A stretch of DNA of 64,000 nt from an uncultured delta proteobacterium (GTDB taxonomy: Bacteria > Desulfobacterota > Desulfomonilia > UBA1062), in NCBI GenBank assembly GCA_963798485.1, contig CAWCTR010000023.1, positions 1-64,000 of the forward strand. The letters run 5' to 3'. The notes beneath the pieces were generated by a model, which was not told the origin of the DNA, did no database searches, and saw nothing but the letters and a program-made list of their open reading frames with translations. Positions 58,383 to 64,000 of the stretch are shown here, in pieces. Both the position numbers and the translations under genes were made by a program. Numbering within the stretch: the stretch's first letter is position 1; each line of letters begins with the position of its first letter.

Positions 58383-59267
58383 CTACCCCCTTGGGTGATA
58401 CCGCTCGTGAACCTCTTTGAGCCTGGTGGAAGAGAGGTGCGTATAAATCTGCGTGGTGGAGATATCCGCATGGCCAAGCATCATCTGCACCGACCTTAAG
58501 TCCGCACCGCCGCCCAGCAGGTGGGTGGCGAACGAATGCCTGAGCATATGGGGGGATATCTGTTTAAATATGCCCGCCCTCGATGCATACCTCTTGATGG
58601 AATACCAGAAGTTCTGCCTGGTCATGGCGCCCCCCCTCCTCGAGCAGAAGAGGATGTCCGTGGGCTTCTTGACCATATAAGGCCTTGTGTTTTTAAGATA
58701 ATCGTTAACCCAGCGCTGTGCGCTCTCACCCATGGGGACAAGGCGTTCTTTGTCACCCTTGCCCCTGCAGATGAGATAGCCTACATGAAGGTTGAGGTGG
58801 TGGAGTTTAAGGCCGATAAGCTCGCTTACGCGGAGTCCTGTGGCATAGAGAACCTCGAGCATGGCCTTGTCCCTGATACCCAAAGGTGTGCCCACATCAG
58901 GGCTTGCCATGAGCCTTTTCACCTCGTCTATACTCAATACCTCGGGCAGGTACAAACCTTGTTTCGGAGATGCAAGGTCCCGGGTGGGATCAGCGGCTAT
59001 GATCTCTTCTTCGATAAGGAACCGGTAGAATTGCCTGATGGTGGAGAGCCTGCGTCTGATGCTTGTGCCCTTAAGCCCTTTTTCCTTGCAGCGTGAGGTA
59101 TATTCCTCAAGGTCGGCCCCGCTCACCGAAAGCTCGGTGATACCCTTTTCGTCAAGGAAGGTTTTAAGGGCCTCAAGGTCCGCCGCATAGGACGAAACCG
59201 TATTTTCAGGAGAAGATCGTTCGGCGATGAGGTACTCCAGGAAGGAGTCGATCAGCGCATGGCTCAT
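58383..59267 (-). CDS. xerD: Site-specific tyrosine recombinase XerD
   Basis: LYATGLRVSEL, GKGDKERLVP, MTRQNFW, SPHMLRHSFATHLL and LGHADISTTQIYTH motifs. Confidence 0.95.
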   Translation of the reverse strand: MSHALIDSFLEYLIAERSSPENTVSSYAADLEALKTFLDEKGITELSVSGADLEEYTSRCKEKGLKGTSIRRRLSTIRQFYRFLIEEEIIAADPTRDLASPKQGLYLPEVLSIDEVKRLMASPDVGTPLGIRDKAMLEVLYATGLRVSELIGLKLHHLNLHVGYLICRGKGDKERLVPMGESAQRWVNDYLKNTRPYMVKKPTDILFCSRRGGAMTRQNFWYSIKRYASRAGIFKQISPHMLRHSFATHLLGGGADLRSVQMMLGHADISTTQIYTHLSSTRLKEVHERYHPRG

Positions 59268-59950
59268 CTCTTGGTGATCTTGGCGTGCAGCCCCGAAGCA
59301 GCAAGGTCATTCAGGGCCGGCTCAGAACTCTTGCGGTTGGGGTAAGCCCCTGAGAGTACCCGGTATGCCGAGTCGGATTCCTTCATGATATAGGTCGCTA
59401 CACCAACACCGCGAAGCTTATCCGCCGTTTTTTGGGCCTGATCCCTGTCGGGCAATACGCCCAGCTCGATAGTATAAGGTACGCTCGATCCGATAAAGGA
59501 TTCGGTATCAATGACGCCAGTGTCCTGAAGATCCTTCATCCGCTTTATAGCTTCATTGTCTGAAGAGAAGGCCCCTACGTCGATACGATACCAGATGCCG
59601 GTAGGACCCAGATCGATCTTGGTGATGAACACACCATCGAGCTTCCGGTACTTCTGTTTGTACTGGGCAATGGCATCCTTTTTGGTCTGCCAGGATGATA
59701 TGTGGATGGTATACGGGTAAAAGGCGGATTTTTTGAATTGAGGAACCGCCGGAGTCGGCGTCTTATCAAGAGGGGCCGGTTCAGCGCTTTGTGCCGGTTC
59801 AGGCGCAGACATCTTTTCGGCCGCAGCCGGAGGTTGCTCTTTTTGCTGGTTCCGATCGATCTGCTTCGTAATCACATTACTCAGCCCGTAGTCGGCGAAG
59901 AGCGGCAAGGACACCAAAAGGAACACCACAAACAACATCAGGCGTTTCAA
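59264..59950 (-). CDS. Secreted SPOR-domain protein
   Basis: Signal peptide, Pro-rich linker, two SPOR-like repeats (YTIH..S, WYRIDVGAF, YRVLSGAY). Confidence 0.8.
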   Translation of the reverse strand: MKRLMLFVVFLLVSLPLFADYGLSNVITKQIDRNQQKEQPPAAAEKMSAPEPAQSAEPAPLDKTPTPAVPQFKKSAFYPYTIHISSWQTKKDAIAQYKQKYRKLDGVFITKIDLGPTGIWYRIDVGAFSSDNEAIKRMKDLQDTGVIDTESFIGSSVPYTIELGVLPDRDQAQKTADKLRGVGVATYIMKESDSAYRVLSGAYPNRKSSEPALNDLAASGLHAKITKR

Positions 59951-61701
59951 TGTTTCCTCCTGTTATATGCGTAGGTGGTGTTCATTATATACCTGTTGAT
60001 CCCCTTTGCAATACCATCAATAAGGGTAGCCTGGTGGGCATCACTCTGAAGGAGTGAAGAATCATCATTGTTGGTAATAAAGCCCAGTTCGCACAGGATG
60101 GAAGGCATCTGCGCCCCAAGCAGGACATAGAAAGGCGCCTGCTTCACGCCGAAGTCCTTACCCTGATAACCGTTCGTGAGAACCGAGGATATGAGGCTCT
60201 TTTGAACACAATTGGCAAAACGTGATGATTCGTTGATCTTGGAATTGAGCATGAGATCGTTGATGATGAGCTGCAGGTCGCTGATGGATTTTGATGTGGT
60301 CGCGTTTTCACGGGCAGCCACCTCGATGGCCGATGAGTCTGTGGTAAGGTTCAAAAAATAGGTTTCTATGCCCTGGGCCGCAGTATCACCGGAGGCATTG
60401 ATGTGGATGGATACAAACAGGTCGGCCCGTTTCTTGTTGGCAAAGGCCGTGCGCTCCTCCAGGGTAAGAAATACATCACTGTCCCTGGTGAGATAGACTT
60501 CGAACCCTTCGAGCCGGAGCCTGCGTGCGAGAGACTTGGCTATGGCAAGGGTCAAATCCTTTTCCTGTAGTCCTCCAGGCCCTTTAGCCCCCGGGTCTTT
60601 GCCGCCATGCCCCGCATCAACGACGATCCTACTGACCTTGAGTGAGAGCTGTGCTGCAATAGAGGGCACATCATCGCTCATCTGTGATTTAGACCACTTG
60701 GGGACCTTCTTAAATCCGCTCTCAGCCCTGATCGGGCTCTTCTTGACCTCCACTTCGCCTGAGGTCTTTGAAGACTCCTGCACCGGGTGTATGGAGGCTA
60801 TTTTTGTCGCTGCGCCGACCTTGCTGATATCCACTACGAGCCGCGACGGGTCATCAAGAGGGAAGGCATGGTAGGAAAACTTCTGTGCAAGATCAAGAAC
60901 AACCCTCACCTTTGTCTTCTGGAACTGGGAGACCCGGATCGTAGTGAGAATGCCGTCATTCACTGTTGTCTTGAAGGGGATATCCGGAGATACCTTTGCA
61001 TTATCCAATTCGATCACCACCCGGTGGGGTTTGCTTGCCTTGGAATCCGCAGGCAGGGCAAAGGTGTTGAACGAGACGTTCTGATCGAAGTTGATGACAA
61101 CGCGTGTGTAGTCCTTATCCGACCATTGGCGGACAGTCTTCAGCTCGCCGAGGCCTTCCTTCGATACGCCTGTGACGTTCTTCTTTTCAATATTCAATGA
61201 GTTCAACTGCTCCCGGGCGAGCTGAGACATGTCCCCGTCAGGATACTGCGTAATGACCTTCTGATACAGGGCGTAGGCCTTCTGTTTGGAACTCAACTGA
61301 AAATTATAGATCTGGGCGGCCTGGTAGAGGGAATCATCGGCAAGCGGACTTCCCGGGTATTCTTCGGCGATTGCCAGGTAGGTGTCTACGGCATGGTCCA
61401 GATCTTTGGGGTTTGAGGAGAACCTATTGAGACCTTGATAGAGCTTGGCGGCCTTGAACTTGGCCTTGGGGGCAAAGCTTGAATGGGGGTATTTTTTCGC
61501 CACATTCTGATACTTGTGGATGACCGCCATCCAGCTTACCCTGTCCTTCTTTTTGTCCGTATCCCGATGAAGGTCTATGGCGGCTGAATTCGCGCTCTGA
61601 AATGCCTCTGCCGCGCTTGTTGCGGCAGGCAGAGGGCCGGGAAGGGCTAAAACAATCACAATAAGGAACAGTGGGAATGCTGCTAACCCTGTTTTTCGCA
61701 T
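59947..61701 (-). CDS. N-acetylmuramoyl-L-alanine amidase with TPR and AMIN domains (AmiC-like)
   Basis: YP.S..A TPR repeats, YTRVVI and VRVVLDL AMIN segments, VDAGHGGKDPGA, FVSIHIN and LCELGF. Confidence 0.92.
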   Translation of the reverse strand: MRKTGLAAFPLFLIVIVLALPGPLPAATSAAEAFQSANSAAIDLHRDTDKKKDRVSWMAVIHKYQNVAKKYPHSSFAPKAKFKAAKLYQGLNRFSSNPKDLDHAVDTYLAIAEEYPGSPLADDSLYQAAQIYNFQLSSKQKAYALYQKVITQYPDGDMSQLAREQLNSLNIEKKNVTGVSKEGLGELKTVRQWSDKDYTRVVINFDQNVSFNTFALPADSKASKPHRVVIELDNAKVSPDIPFKTTVNDGILTTIRVSQFQKTKVRVVLDLAQKFSYHAFPLDDPSRLVVDISKVGAATKIASIHPVQESSKTSGEVEVKKSPIRAESGFKKVPKWSKSQMSDDVPSIAAQLSLKVSRIVVDAGHGGKDPGAKGPGGLQEKDLTLAIAKSLARRLRLEGFEVYLTRDSDVFLTLEERTAFANKKRADLFVSIHINASGDTAAQGIETYFLNLTTDSSAIEVAARENATTSKSISDLQLIINDLMLNSKINESSRFANCVQKSLISSVLTNGYQGKDFGVKQAPFYVLLGAQMPSILCELGFITNNDDSSLLQSDAHQATLIDGIAKGINRYIMNTTYAYNRRKH

Positions 61702-61806
61702 GATGTAATCCCTTACGTCCTTGAGCAAGTAATCCATTACTTTTTTAGTTGTTTATCTACAAAAAACACCCTGTAATGCCGGTATCGGATATATGGTCAA
61801 AAAATC

Positions 61807-62571
61807 TTAACATTTTTTTATATTCAATAAAGACCATAGCACGGATAGCCCCTTAAGAATAAGGTTGTTATCTATTCTGTACGTCCCGGGAAGCCACTTT
61901 GCAATCATGCCGGAAGTCCCTCCCGTGAGAACGACAACGGGTTTTACCTTGTTTTGCCGGCCCATCATCTCCACAACCTTTCGGATCATGCATGCATGAC
62001 CCATGACAATCCCTGAGCGCACACATGCTTCAGTGGATGTCCCGATGAGCTCGCCCGTGAAAAGATCATCGAGCCTTGGAAGCCCCGGGGCCGCTGATAT
62101 CAGGCCTTGATAGGCGCTTTTTATGCCCGGTGCTATCATGCCGCCCTTGAAGACACCATCTTCGGATACATAATCGATGGTAGTGGCGGTGCCCATATCT
62201 ATAACGATCAGCGGCCTGTGGTTTTTCCTGTACAGGTGAAAGGCCGCAGCAGCGCATACAAGCCTGTCCATACCCAAGGTCTCTTTTGTATCATAGCTTA
62301 CTGCTATGCCCATAGGTGTATTCACATCCACGAGCATGGGGGAAGCGCCAGTCGATTCCTCAAATTCTTTTATAATGATCTTAGCCGCAGCACTACGGAC
62401 GCTCACCATGACAGCCGAGTCGGGCATTGCATTGCGAAGATCAGGGACATGGGCGAGAAAGGCCGATCCCTTGAGGCACTCTTCTGTAGGCACGCGAAAT
62501 ACATCCTTGAGATCGCCGCCCTCGAAAATGCCAACCGTAATGTTCGTGTTGCCGATATCGATGGCAAGCAT
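61807..62571 (-). CDS. coaX: Type III pantothenate kinase
   Basis: LAIDIGNTN, LGMDR, IDMGTATT, GGMIAPG and LTGG motifs. Confidence 0.95.
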   Translation of the reverse strand: MLAIDIGNTNITVGIFEGGDLKDVFRVPTEECLKGSAFLAHVPDLRNAMPDSAVMVSVRSAAAKIIIKEFEESTGASPMLVDVNTPMGIAVSYDTKETLGMDRLVCAAAAFHLYRKNHRPLIVIDMGTATTIDYVSEDGVFKGGMIAPGIKSAYQGLISAAPGLPRLDDLFTGELIGTSTEACVRSGIVMGHACMIRKVVEMMGRQNKVKPVVVLTGGTSGMIAKWLPGTYRIDNNLILKGLSVLWSLLNIKKC

Positions 62572-62612
62572 GGCCTTTGTCTAGACCTTATTTCCCAGCG
62601 GATCAAGGACTA

Positions 62613-63380
62613 TTATTGAGCTTCTCCGCCCGCTTTTCTTTGAAAGGCCTTGAGTATCCGCACTGCAGCGGCCGCAGCCCCCACGGAGTTGCCGATGTTC
62701 ATGACCATGACGCCGGGCACACAGCACTGGAGCATAGTGGCAAGGGCCGCCTCACCGAGGCCTCCATGGCCGTAGCCGACCGGTGTGGGGACCGCGATGA
62801 TGGGCAGTTCTGTGAGCGAGGCCATGAGTGTGGGCAGCACTCCGTCCATGCCCGCAAAGACGATGAGTACATCAGCGTCCTTTGCCTTTTTAAGGCCGAG
62901 AAGCGGCCTATGCATGCCTGATGCGCCCACATCGAAGGCCCTGATGAGATCGACGCCGAGTTCCTCCAAAATGAGCGCGCTCTCCTGCGCGAATGGGACA
63001 TCCGCAGTGCCTGCGGTGATGACACCTATGCGTCCGGGTATTTTCTGAGACACAAGACCATGCCTCTTGATGAGCAGGAGTCTCCCGGCCTTTTTTACCT
63101 CGGCTCGTGCAAACTGATGCCTTATGTGTATTTCTTTTTCTTCATCTATGACAGAGACAAACACATGCCCATTCTTATCAAAGAGGCCCTTTGCTATGGC
63201 GATCACCTGCTCGGTGGTCTTGCCCTCGGCAAAGATCACTTCCGGAAAGCCGATGCGCGCTGTGCGGTGAAGATCCAGAAGGAAGTCTTCGCCCCCCTCG
63301 TAGAGCATGCGCATGAGCTTTTCCTGGGCTTCTTCCGCGCTGAGTTCGCCCCTTTTATATGCATCGAGCAGATCTTTCAT
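62613..63380 (-). CDS. larB: Nickel-pincer cofactor biosynthesis carboxylase/hydrolase
   Basis: R.GFPEVIFAEGKT, TAGTAD, DVGASG.HR, AGMDG.LP, AVPTPVGYG and NIGN motifs. Confidence 0.92.
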   Translation of the reverse strand: MKDLLDAYKRGELSAEEAQEKLMRMLYEGGEDFLLDLHRTARIGFPEVIFAEGKTTEQVIAIAKGLFDKNGHVFVSVIDEEKEIHIRHQFARAEVKKAGRLLLIKRHGLVSQKIPGRIGVITAGTADVPFAQESALILEELGVDLIRAFDVGASGMHRPLLGLKKAKDADVLIVFAGMDGVLPTLMASLTELPIIAVPTPVGYGHGGLGEAALATMLQCCVPGVMVMNIGNSVGAAAAAVRILKAFQRKAGGEAQ

Positions 63381-63398
63381 AGTTCACTCCCAAAAAGG

Positions 63399-64000
63399 TC
63401 ATGTCTTGATATTTTCTTCACGCATGAGCCGTTCTATCTCGCGGCGAAGGGCGGCCATCGTTATACCTCTGGTGCGGGATATCTCGTGCAGATCGCGGTA
63501 TTCAGGCTTGAACCGCAGTGTGCCGTCAGGCAGGACCACCTCTTTGATGCCGACCTCGCCATAGAGGGTGGCAATCCTGTACTCCCGGCGCGGAAGGACC
63601 CGCCGATCAACAGCGTGGTACCTTACCCCTATGGTGGATGTATGCACAAGAAAGGCCTGAAGCACATCCTCAAGCCGTGTGCAATCGCATAAGGCGGACA
63701 TAGTAAATCCCGGTCTGCCTTGCCTCATAATCCTAGGGGATATGCCTGCATCGCGGGCCCCGGCGGCCATAATATAATCAAGGGCTGCCACGGCGTCTTC
63801 GGGCATCATGTCGTCAATATCCGCTTCAATGTGGTATATAAGACAAACGTCTTTCTCCTGGTTTACCTGACCCAGGATGGTCCTGCAGAGGTTCGGCCAG
63901 TTCTCGAACCTTCTGGAGCCGCACCCATAGCCCACTGACTTGATAATAAACTCGGTTGGCGGCCGTCCCTTTTCTGCCAGGGCCTTGAGCACCGCAGCCC
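63399..64000 (-). CDS. larC: Nickel-pincer cofactor nickel insertase, C-terminal part (5' end outside window)
   Basis: GYGCG, PNLCR, EADIDDM.PE, GRPG, TSTIGVR and KPEYRD motifs. Confidence 0.9.
   Translation of the reverse strand, partial: AAVLKALAEKGRPPTEFIIKSVGYGCGSRRFENWPNLCRTILGQVNQEKDVCLIYHIEADIDDMMPEDAVAALDYIMAAGARDAGISPRIMRQGRPGFTMSALCDCTRLEDVLQAFLVHTSTIGVRYHAVDRRVLPRREYRIATLYGEVGIKEVVLPDGTLRFKPEYRDLHEISRTRGITMAALRREIERLMREENIKT

Noticed and set aside
58383-59267. Tyrosine recombinase near tRNA-Ala as an island integrase
   Set aside because: It has XerD-specific motifs, lies in a housekeeping operon, and no duplicated tRNA 3' end (att site) was found.
1-64000. CRISPR array, rRNA, prophage or known riboswitch
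   Set aside because: No regularly spaced repeats, rRNA-like stretch, phage genes or recognisable riboswitch consensus seen by eye. A covariance-model scan was not possible.

Overview
This is a bacterial chromosomal window, most likely from an anaerobic deltaproteobacterium (Desulfobacterota-like). That assignment is inferred from the dfx-fprA-rubredoxin-rubrerythrin cluster, the HDOD protein, the sigma54 systems and larBC. Positions 1-19 kb form a cell-envelope cluster: MacAB-like pump, lpoB operon, BepA-like M48 protease, CpxP/CpxR/CpxA-like system, a membrane-anchored PTS enzyme I and mgsA. Positions 19-64 kb are mostly housekeeping: ispG-proS-relA/spoT, rpmB, tRNA-Leu, an oxidative-stress operon, CoA-transferase, def-fmt-rpe, rnj-ftsK-lolA, a QseEGF-like triad, amidases, xerD, coaX and larBC. 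A small accessory spot (higBA, a frameshifted higA and an IS4-family element) sits at the 3' end of tRNA-Ala. The strongest unexplained signal is non-coding. An ECF-sigma-like promoter motif (TGTARAC-N16/17-CGTCTTAA) occurs six times ahead of envelope genes. Three copies carry a CpxR-type box exactly 8 bp upstream. Two of those three precede a duplicated candidate small RNA with repeated anti-Shine-Dalgarno ACCUCC motifs and a terminator, and one of these follows a collapsed cpxP remnant. The duplicated region also supplied a two-TM anchor now fused to PTS enzyme I. All calls come from reading the sequence by eye; no searches were run.
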